IMG/VR virus record: IMGVR_UViG_3300020420_001018
Span: 1,650 to 65,649 of that record
Length of the DNA stretch: 64,000 nucleotides
Reading direction: 5' to 3' (one strand)
Source: a virus
Taxonomy: Duplodnaviria > Caudoviricetes
Position 1 is the stretch's first letter, and each line of letters begins with the position of its first letter. Shown here piece after piece: positions 49,983 to 60,153 of the stretch. A model generated the notes under the pieces. The model was not told where the DNA came from, did no database searches, and saw only the letters and a list, made by a program, of their open reading frames with translations. The position numbers and the translations under genes were made by a program.

Positions 49983-51080
49983 ATGTATTCATACCATGAC
50001 ATTAAAACAGTTCACTTAGAAATTACAGCCAAGTGCCAAGCGGCTTGTTTGCAGTGTGATCGTAATATCAACGGCGGCGATTTAAATCCAAATATAAATT
50101 TAGACGAACTTTCACTAGAAGATTGTAAAAAGATATTTCAACCTGAATTTGTAAAACAACTTGACAGTTTGTTTATGTGTGGAAATTTAGGTGACCCAGT
50201 AATAGCAAAAGATTCATTAGAAGTAATGGATTATCTACGTAGTCAAAATCCAAACATATGGTTAAGCATGAATACGAATGCGGGTGCTAAGAAGCCAGAA
50301 TGGTGGACAGAACTTGCAAAAGTAATAGGTCGCAAAGGTCATGTGATTTTTAGCTTTGACGGATTAAAAGATACTAATCATTTATATAGACAAAATGTTA
50401 ATTGGGATATATGTATGGATTCAGCTCAAGCATTTATTGATGCTGGTGGTAGAGCAAGATGGGATTATTTAATTTTTGGACACAATCAACATCAAGTAGA
50501 AGAAGCAGAAGCATTGTCAAAACGTATGGGATTTGAAAAATTTATGAGTAAAAAAACTGGTAGATTTTTTAGTAATGTAAAAGCACAAGGTAAAGAAGAG
50601 CACCAAGGTGTAAATCGTAAAGGACAAGAAACACAAAAACTTACAAAACCAGATGAAAAGTATATAAACACAGCTCTTAAAAAAGTAGACCCATTGGTAG
50701 AAAAATATGGTTCTATGAATAACTATTATGATCAAGCACACATTAATTGCAAAGTATTAAAAGACATGAACATATATGTAAGTGCTTCTGGTCATTTAAT
50801 GCCTTGCTGTTGGGTAGCAGGACAAATGTACAAGTGGTGGGAAAAGCCAGGTCAAAATCAAATTTGGAGATTTATAGAAAATGCTGGAGGAATAGATGAA
50901 CTGTCAGTATTACAACATGGATTTAAAAAAGTATTAGAAGGTGAATTTTTTAATAACATAAAATCAAGTTGGAAAAAACAGTCTTGCAATGGCGGAGATG
51001 GAAAATTAAAAGTTTGTTCAGTTAAATGTGGAACAGAATTTGATCCTTTTGGTGCACAGTTTGAGGAGGTAAATACTTAA
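49983..51080 (+). CDS. radical SAM protein with C-terminal twitch domain
   Basis: CQAACLQC, CGNLGDP, NTNA, FSFDG; C...PCCW...CSVKC. Confidence 0.9.
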   Translation: MYSYHDIKTVHLEITAKCQAACLQCDRNINGGDLNPNINLDELSLEDCKKIFQPEFVKQLDSLFMCGNLGDPVIAKDSLEVMDYLRSQNPNIWLSMNTNAGAKKPEWWTELAKVIGRKGHVIFSFDGLKDTNHLYRQNVNWDICMDSAQAFIDAGGRARWDYLIFGHNQHQVEEAEALSKRMGFEKFMSKKTGRFFSNVKAQGKEEHQGVNRKGQETQKLTKPDEKYINTALKKVDPLVEKYGSMNNYYDQAHINCKVLKDMNIYVSASGHLMPCCWVAGQMYKWWEKPGQNQIWRFIENAGGIDELSVLQHGFKKVLEGEFFNNIKSSWKKQSCNGGDGKLKVCSVKCGTEFDPFGAQFEEVNT

Positions 51081-51081
51081 A

Positions 51082-52548
51082 ATGACTAATAAATTACCAT
51101 CAAAAACATTTTGTGCTTTACCTTGGATGCACCTTTCAACAAGACCAGACGGAAATATGAGAGTGTGTTGTACTGCCAATGCATCATCAGTTGGAGCAAC
51201 CAACGATAAAAAACATGGCGGGCAGGTAGGTGTACTAAAAACTGAAAGTGGTGCTCCAGCCAATTTAAATAATTCAAATCTAATGGAAGCATGGAACAAT
51301 GATTATATGAAGAATGTTCGTAAGCAGATGCTTAAAGGTGAAATGCCAGCATCATGTTTAAAATGTTACAAAGAAGAAGCGGCCGGACATTTAAGTAAGC
51401 GTCAATGGGAGACTGATAAATGGACAAGTATATATTCAGTAGATGAAATTGTAGGTGAAACAAAAGAAGATGGTTCTATTCCACCTAAAATTAGATATTT
51501 AGATTTACGTATGGGATCCAAATGTAATCTAAAATGTATTATGTGTTCACCCCATGATTCATCATTGTGGGTAAAAGATTGGCTAGACGTATATCCTACT
51601 ATTGAAAACAAAGATTTAAAACAAACAATGGGTTGGGACAATAAAGGTAAAATGCATGGTGCAAATTATAACTGGCATAAAGACAATCCAAAGTTTTGGG
51701 ATCAGTTATATGAACAGATACCTCATATGTATCAGTTGTATTTTGCAGGTGGTGAGTCCACCATTATTGAAGAACACTATACACTATTAGAAGAAGTTAT
51801 TAAACGTGGGTATGCTAAACAGATTGAAGTAAGATATAATTCAAATGGTTTAGAAATGCCACCAAGATTATTTGAACTATGGAGTCATTTTAAAAAAGTA
51901 ATATTTCATTATTCGGTAGATTCAATTGGTGAGATGAACGATTATATACGTTATCCTTCAAAATGGGATCACACAGTTAAACAATTTCATTTACTAGATA
52001 ATACAGGAGACAACGTTGAAGTTACTGTGGCATGTGCTGTACAAGCCTTAAACATTTATTACGTACCGGATTTTATTAAATGGAAGTTACAACAAAATTT
52101 TAAAAAAATTAATATATGGCCGTTTGGTGCAGGAATGATAAACTATCATTTTGTATATTGGCCAGGACATTTAAATGTAAAAATATTTCCACAATGGTTT
52201 AAAGATAAAGTAAAACAAAAATATGAAGAATTTTATCCTTGGTTAGAAGAAAATTGGGAAATGTCAGGAGCACCATCCAAGGAAAAATTTATGAATGCAA
52301 ATTATGGTATTAAAAGATTGCAGGGTATGGTTAAGTTTATGATGAGTGAAGACTGGTCACAACGTATGCCTCAATTTAGAGAATACATAACAAAATTTGA
52401 CAAACAACGAAATACTAACTTTGCTGAAGTTTTTCCTGAAATGGCTGATTTATTAGATGAGTCAAAAGACGCTATAGTTAAAGCAGATGCAAGTGAAAGT
52501 ATTGATGAGAAATTAGAAAAAGAACTTGCAGATGGCGGAACAATCTAA
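51082..52548 (+). CDS. radical SAM protein with N-terminal twitch/SPASM-like domain
   Basis: FCALPW...CC...CLKC; CNLKCIMC, AGGE, NSNG. Confidence 0.9.
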   Translation: MTNKLPSKTFCALPWMHLSTRPDGNMRVCCTANASSVGATNDKKHGGQVGVLKTESGAPANLNNSNLMEAWNNDYMKNVRKQMLKGEMPASCLKCYKEEAAGHLSKRQWETDKWTSIYSVDEIVGETKEDGSIPPKIRYLDLRMGSKCNLKCIMCSPHDSSLWVKDWLDVYPTIENKDLKQTMGWDNKGKMHGANYNWHKDNPKFWDQLYEQIPHMYQLYFAGGESTIIEEHYTLLEEVIKRGYAKQIEVRYNSNGLEMPPRLFELWSHFKKVIFHYSVDSIGEMNDYIRYPSKWDHTVKQFHLLDNTGDNVEVTVACAVQALNIYYVPDFIKWKLQQNFKKINIWPFGAGMINYHFVYWPGHLNVKIFPQWFKDKVKQKYEEFYPWLEENWEMSGAPSKEKFMNANYGIKRLQGMVKFMMSEDWSQRMPQFREYITKFDKQRNTNFAEVFPEMADLLDESKDAIVKADASESIDEKLEKELADGGTI

Positions 52549-53089
52549 ATTAGAAAAAAAATGGCAAGACATGAAAGATCATGTTACAAAGCCACGACCA
52601 GAACTTGACGGCATGGCTATTTGCCCATTTGCAAAAATGGGATTTAAACGTAACGAAATCGATGTAGTTTGGACAAAGGGTGACTTGTTTGAACAAGCTA
52701 ATTCAAAGATGAAAAAATATCCAAAAGGAAAACAATTAGTAATGCTAATGGCAGATCCAAAAGATTATACATTAGAACAACTTGAACAATGGGAAAATGA
52801 TAATCAAAAAAACGCAGTGGAAAAAGATTTATACATTTACACGTCTTACAAATCAGAAGATAAGCAAAAATCAGTTGGCACTGAAAATGGTCCAGTAGCT
52901 GGTTTAGGATCAGGAAATAAAGGGTTAGCAATTATACAATTACAAGTATTGAGTGATTTAAATGAAAAATCAGAATGGGTACATCAAAACACAAAGTATT
53001 ATGATAAATGGAATAAAAAATATTATGATGGAATTGTTAAAAGAAGATATCGTGATAGTGATTATGACAGTAAGGAGTTTGAAAAATAA
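52526..53089 (+). CDS. hypothetical protein (CPFA motif; start probably 52532)
   Basis: L.GMAICPFAK; within the radical SAM cluster. Confidence 0.6.
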   Translation: MQMAEQSKLEKKWQDMKDHVTKPRPELDGMAICPFAKMGFKRNEIDVVWTKGDLFEQANSKMKKYPKGKQLVMLMADPKDYTLEQLEQWENDNQKNAVEKDLYIYTSYKSEDKQKSVGTENGPVAGLGSGNKGLAIIQLQVLSDLNEKSEWVHQNTKYYDKWNKKYYDGIVKRRYRDSDYDSKEFEK

Positions 53090-54171
53090 TGGTTAATAAT
53101 TATAGTGAATTTTTTAGTGATAAACCTTTGGTGCAAACATATTCAGAGTTTCAACCTTTAGAAGAAGTTATTGTTGGAACACCATATAGTCCTGACACGT
53201 TTGATCACAGCGATAAGTTTAGCCAAGAAGCTAAAGATTTATTAAAAAGAGTATTAACAGAAACAGCAGAAGATTTAGAAGTACTTGTTGATATTTTAAA
53301 TAAAGAAAACGTGATTGTGCAAAGACCAAAGCCATTACACAATCCTTTACAAAAATATACAGTAGGGCAATTTGAAATAGAATATATAAATCAACCTTTA
53401 CAACCAAGAGACTTAATTGGTTTCTTTGGTAATAAAATTATAGAAGCATATACAAAAGATACTTCAAGGTACTTAGAAACTTTATGTTCCAGAGATATAT
53501 TAAAAGAATATTTCATGTATGGATCAGAATGGATATCTATGCCTCAGCCACAATTGAATCAAAAAACATATCATGATTATTATCGAAATGGTGAAGTATT
53601 GTTTCATTCTGCAAATTTAATTAAATGTGGAAAAGATATATTTCATTCACAATCTTATCAAAAAGATCCTACAAAAGGCAAAGGTACAGAGCAAGGACTT
53701 GCATGGTACAAACAACAACTACCTGAATTTAAATTTAATGAAGTTCCAGTAGGTGGGCATGTCGACGGAAAAATTGCATTAATCAAGCCTGGCTTGTTAT
53801 TAACATGGAAGCCAGAATGGTTACCAGAAAAATTAAAGTCGTGGGATTGTATTGTTGCCAAGTCTGGTACAAAATTTCCAGAAGATTTTAAAACAACACG
53901 TAAGCAAAGATTTTACAAAGATTACATTGAACGTTGGTTATCACATTGGATTGGTTATGTAGATGAAACTGTATTTGATGTTAATGTATTAAGTATATCT
54001 GAAGATAAAGTTATTTGCACCGGAACAGATAAAGAAGTATTTGCACAGTTAGAAAAACATGGAGTTACTCCAATCTATTGGAAATTTAGGCATCAATATT
54101 TTTGGGATGGTGGAGTACATTGTTTAACATCAGATGTAAGGCGTAAAGGAAAACAGGAAAATTATTTTTAA
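53089..54171 (+). CDS. amidinotransferase (pentein fold)
   Basis: EFQPLEEVIVG, QPRD, GHVDG, DVNVL, GGVHC..SD.RR. Confidence 0.88.
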   Translation: MVNNYSEFFSDKPLVQTYSEFQPLEEVIVGTPYSPDTFDHSDKFSQEAKDLLKRVLTETAEDLEVLVDILNKENVIVQRPKPLHNPLQKYTVGQFEIEYINQPLQPRDLIGFFGNKIIEAYTKDTSRYLETLCSRDILKEYFMYGSEWISMPQPQLNQKTYHDYYRNGEVLFHSANLIKCGKDIFHSQSYQKDPTKGKGTEQGLAWYKQQLPEFKFNEVPVGGHVDGKIALIKPGLLLTWKPEWLPEKLKSWDCIVAKSGTKFPEDFKTTRKQRFYKDYIERWLSHWIGYVDETVFDVNVLSISEDKVICTGTDKEVFAQLEKHGVTPIYWKFRHQYFWDGGVHCLTSDVRRKGKQENYF

Positions 54172-55469
54172 TGATTAATAATGAGTATTTTGATAGAGAT
54201 TGGGATTGGCATAAAACAATTAATAAAAAATGTTTAGCGCCATGGCATAGTCTTACGATTGATTGGACTGGCAATGTTTATGCTGATGCAGTTGCAACTG
54301 AACCGTATGGCAATCTATATGAAAATACTTTATCAGAAATGTGGCGTTTAGATAAAGCAGTTAGTTTAAGAAATAGTTGGAATAATGATAAATTTGATAA
54401 TCCAATATGTAAAAAGTGTTTTAAAAAAGAAGAAACAAGTGGCAGTTCTAGACGACAGTATTTTTACAGTAATTTTGAACCAGATCAAATTAAACAAGCA
54501 ACGTACAAAGTAAATTCTCAACCAGACATTTGGTATTTAGAAATCAATCCATCAAACAAATGCAATTTAAAATGTAGAATGTGTTCTGGTTTAATTTCAA
54601 GCACTTGGATAAAAGATGAAATACAGTTAAAACAAAAATTTCCAAATTGGATGCCAGATAGAGAAATAGGTCAATATCAAAAATTAGAATTTGATATTAT
54701 TAAAAATTTATTAGATAAAAAGGAGCATTTTAAAAATTTACAATTTTTAAAAATTACAGGCGGTGAGCCTTTAATGGAAGAACAAAATTATCAAATAATG
54801 GAACAATTTATTAAATGGGATATTGCCAAAGATGTTATACTTGATGTCAATACAAATGGTACAGTGTTTAACGATAGATTGCACGATATTGCAAAAAATT
54901 TTAAAATGGTTAAACTACATATTAGTATTGAAGGCACCGGAGATTTATATCAATACATCAGAGGCGGTGATAACTTTACGATTCAACAACTAGAAAGCAA
55001 TATTAGAAATTTTAATAAGCTACAAAACACAATGATAATTTATACTGTGACAATACAAGCATATAATATTTTTGATATTGCAAATATATGGAAATGGTAT
55101 TTAAAAATAAGAAAGCCAACAAATGAAATATATTTTAAAAACGTAGTTGTAAATCCAAGGTATTTAAGTTTCCATGTCTTACCTAATAGTATTAAACAAA
55201 AAGCAGTAGAAATGCTATTGCAAGAAAAGTTGCCATTAGATGATTGGTGGCAATATAGCAAACACGAAAAAGCACAAGGTAGTATTGGTTTTAAAAATAT
55301 AATTGAAGGACTTAAAAATGATAATTACTATAGTAAAGAGGAAAGAAATAAGTTTTTAAAAGAGTTTGTGCAATTTACAAATGATCTAGATAATATTAGA
55401 AACACTAGTATAAAAGAAATTGTACCAGAGCTAAAAGAACTATTTGAAAAAAAGTATGAAACAGTCTAA
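54171..55469 (+). CDS. radical SAM protein with N-terminal twitch-like domain
   Basis: CLAPW...CKKC; CNLKCRMC, TGGEP, NTNG, ISIEG. Confidence 0.9.
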   Translation: MINNEYFDRDWDWHKTINKKCLAPWHSLTIDWTGNVYADAVATEPYGNLYENTLSEMWRLDKAVSLRNSWNNDKFDNPICKKCFKKEETSGSSRRQYFYSNFEPDQIKQATYKVNSQPDIWYLEINPSNKCNLKCRMCSGLISSTWIKDEIQLKQKFPNWMPDREIGQYQKLEFDIIKNLLDKKEHFKNLQFLKITGGEPLMEEQNYQIMEQFIKWDIAKDVILDVNTNGTVFNDRLHDIAKNFKMVKLHISIEGTGDLYQYIRGGDNFTIQQLESNIRNFNKLQNTMIIYTVTIQAYNIFDIANIWKWYLKIRKPTNEIYFKNVVVNPRYLSFHVLPNSIKQKAVEMLLQEKLPLDDWWQYSKHEKAQGSIGFKNIIEGLKNDNYYSKEERNKFLKEFVQFTNDLDNIRNTSIKEIVPELKELFEKKYETV

Positions 55470-56667
55470 TACATTTTGTATATTACCATGGATGCATGTT
55501 GCTACAAATTCAAGCGGTAATTATCGTGTATGCTGTAATTCAACTCCTGGCGAAAACTTTATTACAGATGAATCAGGAACTCCTTACAAAATTTATAAAA
55601 ATTCTCCAGATGAAATTTGGAATACAAAAGTATATAAAGATTTACGTAAGGATTTACTAAATGGTAAAAAGCCAAAAATGTGTGTAAGATGTTGGAGAGA
55701 AGAAGCAACTGGTATAAAATCTGCACGTGAAGGATTCAATGAATCTTACAAAGATCACATTGAAGAAGCAATAACAAGTACTAAAGAAGATGGGTCAGCA
55801 CCAGTAAAAGGTGTTTATGTTGATTTACGTTTAGGCAATTTATGTAATTTAAAATGTAGAATGTGTAATCCATGGGCATCAAATCAATGGGTAGAAGAAT
55901 GGAATACAAAAACGTCATATGATGGATCAACAATTGATCAACAAGAACGTGATAGATTAACACATATGAATTGGCCAACCAATGAAAAGACTTGGGAAAA
56001 TTTAATGCCGATCATTGATACAGTAGAAGAAATATACTTAACAGGAGGAGAACCAACTCTTGCACTCGAACAGTATAAGCTATTTGATCGTTGTATTGAA
56101 TTAAACAAAGCAAAAGATATCATTTTAAAATACAACACAAATTTAACTAACATTCCGCCCAAAATGATTGACTATTGGAAACACTTTAAAAAAATTAAAA
56201 TAAATGCTTCTATTGATGGTTACGATCAGCTTAACAGATATATTAGATATCCAACTAATTGGAAATCAGTAAACAAAAATTTATCAGCATTTGCTGAAAT
56301 GGAAAAACAAGGCAAGATGAGAGTACAGGTTCATTCTACAGTACAAATATACAACGTACTAGATTTAAATGAATTGTTTGAATATACCATGCAATTTGGA
56401 TATTTTCCATATCTAAACATACTTGATCATCCTGATTATTTAAATGTTAGGGTGTTACCACAAAATTTAAAACAAGAAGCGGCGAAACGTTTACAACCTT
56501 GGATTAAACAAGATAAAGTTGAAGGACTTATAAATTACATGATGGCAGAAGATTGGACAAAACATACAGATAAGTTTGTCGAATACACGACAGAGATAGA
56601 TAAATCAAGAAACCAATCATTAGAAAAAGTTGCGCCTTCATTAAAAGAAGTTCTTGACAATATATAG
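55456..56667 (+). CDS. radical SAM protein with N-terminal twitch/SPASM-like domain
   Basis: FCILPW...CC...CVRC; CNLKCRMC, TGGEP, NTN, SIDG; probable start at MKQSN. Confidence 0.9.
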   Translation: MKQSNTFCILPWMHVATNSSGNYRVCCNSTPGENFITDESGTPYKIYKNSPDEIWNTKVYKDLRKDLLNGKKPKMCVRCWREEATGIKSAREGFNESYKDHIEEAITSTKEDGSAPVKGVYVDLRLGNLCNLKCRMCNPWASNQWVEEWNTKTSYDGSTIDQQERDRLTHMNWPTNEKTWENLMPIIDTVEEIYLTGGEPTLALEQYKLFDRCIELNKAKDIILKYNTNLTNIPPKMIDYWKHFKKIKINASIDGYDQLNRYIRYPTNWKSVNKNLSAFAEMEKQGKMRVQVHSTVQIYNVLDLNELFEYTMQFGYFPYLNILDHPDYLNVRVLPQNLKQEAAKRLQPWIKQDKVEGLINYMMAEDWTKHTDKFVEYTTEIDKSRNQSLEKVAPSLKEVLDNI

Positions 56668-56720
56668 TATCATGCTATTATAGTGTACGAATTAACAAAT
56701 TAACAAGAAGAGAGGTTACT

Positions 56721-56939
56721 ATGGTAAAATACTTTTTTAAACACCTATTAACGGCACTAATGTTTGTATTCTCAATTGTAGCATTTGCATGGATTGGAAT
56801 AGAAGCAGGACAGCTGATTGGCCAAGCAATGGGCGATGAAAAATACGGATTTATTATATGGATAGCATTTACTGTAACACTTGGAGTATTGTATTATGCT
56901 TACAGTCAAGCCAAGATGGACGTAAAGTATAATAAGTAA
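56721..56939 (+). CDS. small two-TM membrane protein
   Basis: Two hydrophobic helices; TTGACA...TATTAT promoter at 56654-56681; GAGG RBS. Confidence 0.7.
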   Translation: MVKYFFKHLLTALMFVFSIVAFAWIGIEAGQLIGQAMGDEKYGFIIWIAFTVTLGVLYYAYSQAKMDVKYNK

Positions 56940-56948
56940 TATGGATTT

Positions 56949-57024
56949 GTTCCCTTCGTCTAGCGGTCTAGGACAACGCCCTTTCACGGCGTAAACACGG
57001 GTTCGAGTCCCGTAGGGAACGCCA
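56949..57024 (+). tRNA. tRNA-Glu(TTC)
   Basis: 76-nt cloverleaf GTTCCCT/AGGGAAC, CT-TTC-AC loop, CCA. Confidence 0.96.
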
Positions 57025-57029
57025 ACATT

Positions 57030-58265
57030 ATGTTTGATTATATAAATGAAAAAATAAAAAATGCAAAACAACTTGATGTTCTAAAAGATCATGTTGACGC
57101 CTATGATCTTGAAAATCTTTTTACAATAGATCATTATAATAAAATATCAAACGATATTGAAATTTTTAAAACAAAATTTACTAGCAATGAATATCCTATA
57201 GACGGACAAGATCCATCTATAGTTACTTTTGAAAATATTAGAAAGCAAGATAAGTTTTATGAAAACTTATGGCAACATGTTAACAATGATATTTTTAAAA
57301 AACTTTTATTAGATAAGTTTAACTATGATAGTAAAATTTTAAAAAATGCAAAAGTTAATATTACTTTTCACACAGAATATCCACATCAAATAGATAATGC
57401 ACATTCGGATCAGAAAGATAGTTTATCAACAATAACATTACAACTTTATTTGCCAACCAATAATTCTTTATCACAGTACGGAACTTGTTTCGTAAAAGAT
57501 GAAAAGCAAATACACAAAACAGACTTTACTCCAAATAGTGGATACATGATGATATCTAATAATAATTCTTGGCACAAACCTGTATTGGGAGTTGAAAGAA
57601 ACTCGTTGCTGATAAGATTAACAATCAATTTAGATTATGAAAAAACAAAAACTATTTACAATTATGATTCTAAAAATGAAATATGTCATGCAGTTTGGAA
57701 CAAAGACATGTTAATGAAAAAGCAAACTGATTGGATGATGGCGATGACTCTACAAAATTTATTAGAACATGATTTTAAAAATATCGCAGTAACAACTCAT
57801 CCTTTTAAAAATAATTTAAAGTTTTTAAAAGAATTAAAACAAAAAGGATTTAAAAAAGTCTTAGTATTTTTTGGAGGATTTGTTTGGCACAATACAGCTA
57901 TATCAGATTACATAAAACATTTGAAAACAGAAAATATAATAAGTGGTTGGTCAAACAATGGAAAAGAATTGGCCAGACAATGTTTTATGATAAATCTTAA
58001 CAAGATAGATCAAATACAAGAGTCATTTGCAAAAGATAAGTTCTTTTCTGAATGCATTAATAACTATACAGACATCGGTGATCAAGTAAGAAATAATAGA
58101 TCTTACTATCATCCAGAAATACCAGAAAAAGATTCAGTGACTGGGTGGATAACAAATAGCTATCAAATACAAGATAAAGAACTATATGACAAAATCAAGT
58201 ATTTTGAGCCATATAAAAACAATCATAAAACATTGAAAAAACTAGCTGAATCTATATTAAGTTAG
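57030..58265 (+). CDS. 2OG-Fe(II) oxygenase fused to unknown C-terminal domain
   Basis: AHSD (HxD), TLQLYLP, YGT, NSWH, ERNSL. Confidence 0.65.
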   Translation: MFDYINEKIKNAKQLDVLKDHVDAYDLENLFTIDHYNKISNDIEIFKTKFTSNEYPIDGQDPSIVTFENIRKQDKFYENLWQHVNNDIFKKLLLDKFNYDSKILKNAKVNITFHTEYPHQIDNAHSDQKDSLSTITLQLYLPTNNSLSQYGTCFVKDEKQIHKTDFTPNSGYMMISNNNSWHKPVLGVERNSLLIRLTINLDYEKTKTIYNYDSKNEICHAVWNKDMLMKKQTDWMMAMTLQNLLEHDFKNIAVTTHPFKNNLKFLKELKQKGFKKVLVFFGGFVWHNTAISDYIKHLKTENIISGWSNNGKELARQCFMINLNKIDQIQESFAKDKFFSECINNYTDIGDQVRNNRSYYHPEIPEKDSVTGWITNSYQIQDKELYDKIKYFEPYKNNHKTLKKLAESILS

Positions 58266-58379
58266 TACTTTATATTATCTGCTATTATTTTAAATAATAT
58301 TAGCAGAAAAAGGCAGTTCTAGTTCCAAGAAAATTCCTAAACCATTGATTTTACTACATTTTTTTACCTATTTTTCTGG

Positions 58380-58407
58380 TTGACAGATCAGTATTCTATG
58401 TTATATT
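58380..58407 (+). promoter_or_regulatory. early-type sigma70 promoter
   Basis: TTGACA-16 nt-TATATT with T-rich upstream region; AGGAG RBS downstream. Confidence 0.65.
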
Positions 58408-58438
58408 TAATATAATAAACAGAAACAGGAGTACGCAG

Positions 58439-58624
58439 ATGTCGTCGAAAGTAATATTTAAAAATGTGTCAATACAAAAAGACGCAAAACTATATAAAGC
58501 AGTGAAACTAGTTAACATACTAGATCCTGAATCTTTTGATGATCTTTATACTGTTCAAGACCTTAAACCTATCCTTAATAAATTAGGGTCTAAAAGAATA
58601 ACATGGGAGATCATTAATGAGTAA
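58439..58624 (+). CDS. hypothetical protein
   Basis: 61 aa, AGGAG RBS. Confidence 0.65.
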   Translation: MSSKVIFKNVSIQKDAKLYKAVKLVNILDPESFDDLYTVQDLKPILNKLGSKRITWEIINE

Positions 58625-59291
58625 AGTTGAAGTAAAATTTGACACTAAAGTTGCATTAGCAGTAGCAAGTGCAATCTACACTAAACATGGTTACATAAAA
58701 ACTACTGAAGCTGATTATAGTGAAAGAAAATCTAACAAATCAAGAGTGTTGGAAGAATTAGCTAAAGAAAAACCAAAGTTCGCTAAAAAAGATCTAAAAT
58801 TAGCAGAAGAAATTATTGAGCACTATCAAGGTTTGCTTCTTTTTAGATTGGGCGATCAGCAAAACAATTTTCAAGAAGCAGTTTTATCATGTATTGCTCG
58901 TGACACGGTCAAAGCTAGAGACATAGGTATACTTGCATCATTACCACATACTTTCAAAACAACTTTGGATAAAGAAGCTAGAAAGCACAAAGAAGAACAA
59001 ATGGCTTCTAAAAGCAGTTTTGTTGGTAATGTTAAAAAACGTAATGTGTTTGATGTCATGGTTGAAATGGTAAAACCTTTACCACACAAAGGTTTATACA
59101 TTGTAAGTTTTATGCAAGGTAGTGACATACTAAAACATTTTACTCCAAGCAATCCAGAAGATGACGGGATTGTTGTTGGTGCCAATATGCAAATTAGTGC
59201 ATACGTTAAAGATCATCAAATCAACAAATACAATGGTGGTAAAGAAACTATTGTTAATAGAATAAAAGTTCTAAGAATAGGAGACAAATAA
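58617..59291 (+). CDS. hypothetical protein (possible C-terminal OB fold)
   Basis: S.FVG..K.R...VKDH...Y...ET.VNR.K. Confidence 0.7.
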   Translation: MSKVEVKFDTKVALAVASAIYTKHGYIKTTEADYSERKSNKSRVLEELAKEKPKFAKKDLKLAEEIIEHYQGLLLFRLGDQQNNFQEAVLSCIARDTVKARDIGILASLPHTFKTTLDKEARKHKEEQMASKSSFVGNVKKRNVFDVMVEMVKPLPHKGLYIVSFMQGSDILKHFTPSNPEDDGIVVGANMQISAYVKDHQINKYNGGKETIVNRIKVLRIGDK

Positions 59292-59539
59292 TGGCTTTTG
59301 AAAGAATGGCAACAGATCAAGTAAAGTATGATGTAGCAGTTGAACATCAAGAAAAAATTGAACCTTGGTTTTCAAATGGTACTATGTGGTGTGATTACAT
59401 TAATGAAGATGTAGCACAAACAATTTTAGAATCTTTACAATCGTTTACAGGTTATAAAGTTGTTAAGAGTTTGCTAAAGGCAACTGAAACTGAACCATGG
59501 GATCAATGGGCATTTGATATTACAGGAGATAAAGCATAA
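59291..59539 (+). CDS. hypothetical protein
   Basis: 82 aa, TAATG coupled. Confidence 0.65.
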   Translation: MAFERMATDQVKYDVAVEHQEKIEPWFSNGTMWCDYINEDVAQTILESLQSFTGYKVVKSLLKATETEPWDQWAFDITGDKA

Positions 59540-59901
59540 TGATTGAAATTATAGTAGGAAGTATCATATACACAGCAACACTTATTGGTTGTTATGATGG
59601 CGATACTTGTAAAGTTAGATTTGAAGATAGTCCTGAAATATTAGCAGAACAAACTTTTAGATTCGATGGATTTGATACTCCGGAACTAAGAGGCAAATGC
59701 CAAGAAGAAAAAGACCTTGCCAAGTTGGCAAAGCAAGAAACTCTTAGTTATATGGAAAACGTAGGAGTAGTATATGCAACTGGCGAACGTGGCAAGTATG
59801 GAAGACTGTTGGTTACAGTTCCAGAACTTCAAGAATCATTAATTGCTAAAGGTTTAGCAAAACCATATGATGGTGGAAAAAGACAAGGATGGTGCGAGTA
59901 A
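59539..59901 (+). CDS. SNase/thermonuclease-family nuclease
   Basis: YDGDT, FDTPELR, GKYGRLL, GLA.PYDGG. Confidence 0.85.
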   Translation: MIEIIVGSIIYTATLIGCYDGDTCKVRFEDSPEILAEQTFRFDGFDTPELRGKCQEEKDLAKLAKQETLSYMENVGVVYATGERGKYGRLLVTVPELQESLIAKGLAKPYDGGKRQGWCE

Positions 59902-60152
59902 TGGCTGAATGGATATTAACAATTTGGTTTACAATTATTCCAACTGATACTATGGAAGTAAAACAATTTTCATTTAGTCAATCTTTTGATAATGTAGAAC
60001 AATGTATGATACAAGAAGAAAAATTTAATTCGATAAACATAACATTACCTGGAGTTGAATTTCATACTGAAGCAACGTGTGATCCGGATCCAGATTATTG
60101 TACAGATGATGGATGTCCTAATTACATGACACCATTAGAAGATGTAAGCTAA
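59889..60152 (+). CDS. hypothetical protein
   Basis: 83-87 aa, Cys-containing. Confidence 0.55.
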   Translation: MVRVMAEWILTIWFTIIPTDTMEVKQFSFSQSFDNVEQCMIQEEKFNSINITLPGVEFHTEATCDPDPDYCTDDGCPNYMTPLEDVS

Positions 60153-60153
60153 A

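Noticed and set aside
53089-54171. Archaeosine (dG+) synthesis by QueD plus this amidinotransferase
   Set aside because: G+ formation uses ArcS, QueF-like or GAT-QueC enzymes, not the pentein fold; no dpdA in the window
49983-56667. RiPP cluster (rSAM/SPASM plus SbmA)
   Set aside because: No evident precursor peptide or RRE domain, and SbmA is about 7 kb away; not excluded but unsupported
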